23,040 bases of DNA. Source: Piromyces finnis finn. Lineage: Eukaryota; Fungi; Neocallimastigomycota. Numbering within the stretch: the first letter of the stretch is position 1; each line of letters starts with the position of its first letter. The notes beneath the pieces are model-generated. The model searched no databases. It saw nothing but the letters and a program-made list of their open reading frames with translations, and was not told the origin of the DNA. Location: the NCBI GenBank assembly GCA_002104945.1, contig MCFH01000156.1, forward strand, positions 1 through 23,040. Direction: 5' to 3'. Positions 22,723-23,040 of this stretch are shown in pieces. A program made the position numbers and the translations under genes.

Positions 22723-23040
22723 TATTTTATTACACTTTTATAGTTAATTTTCATTTACTTTTTTTTTTATTCCATTTCTGTTTCTATTTCTTTTATAACT
22801 TACTATTTAATAATTCCATTTTTTTTTTATAAACAATATATATATATTATTATTATTAATATTTATTTTTATTAATATTTTTTTATTATTTTATTATTTT
22901 ATTTTATTTTATTTTTTTATTTTTTTATTCAATTTAATTCTAGAATATAATAAAATTAAATAAACATAAAATTTCAAATGAATTATAATAACATAATATG
23001 TTGTTTTATAATTTTTATTAATATGATAAATTTTATTGAT

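Noticed and set aside
1-23040. CRISPR arrays, tRNA/rRNA genes, intact transposases or retroelement ORFs, alternative genetic code
   Set aside because: No regularly spaced direct repeats, cloverleaf, rRNA blocks or RT/integrase motifs were seen. The ORF breaks are frame changes rather than in-frame stops, so codon reassignment does not explain them.

Overview
Extremely AT-rich eukaryotic DNA with short GT-AG introns and fungal-type genes. The lineage is most likely an anaerobic gut fungus (Neocallimastigomycota); this is inferred from composition and gene content. From left to right the window holds: (1) a ~2.1 kb fold-back palindrome, probably a long-read artefact; (2) an intronless Cdc25-type Ras GEF gene (SH3-WW-WW-REM-RasGEF); (3) a box C/D snoRNA of the SNORD46/U46/snR63 family on the minus strand; (4) a 2.66 kb unit bounded by ~549 bp near-identical inverted repeats that encloses a complete spliced gene for a Reeler-like membrane protein, with no intact transposase; (5) a multi-exon Swf1/ZDHHC4-type palmitoyltransferase; (6) a large unidentified coiled-coil protein gene; (7) a multi-exon ELYS/Mel-28 nucleoporin gene; (8) a perfect 44 bp palindrome. 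All five protein genes are broken by single-base indels, mostly in homopolymers or doubled bases. This points to consensus error rather than pseudogenisation, and it is why the ORF track is fragmented. The best candidate for something new is the long-inverted-repeat element carrying the Reeler-like cargo gene. All family assignments come from motif recognition by eye; no searches were run.
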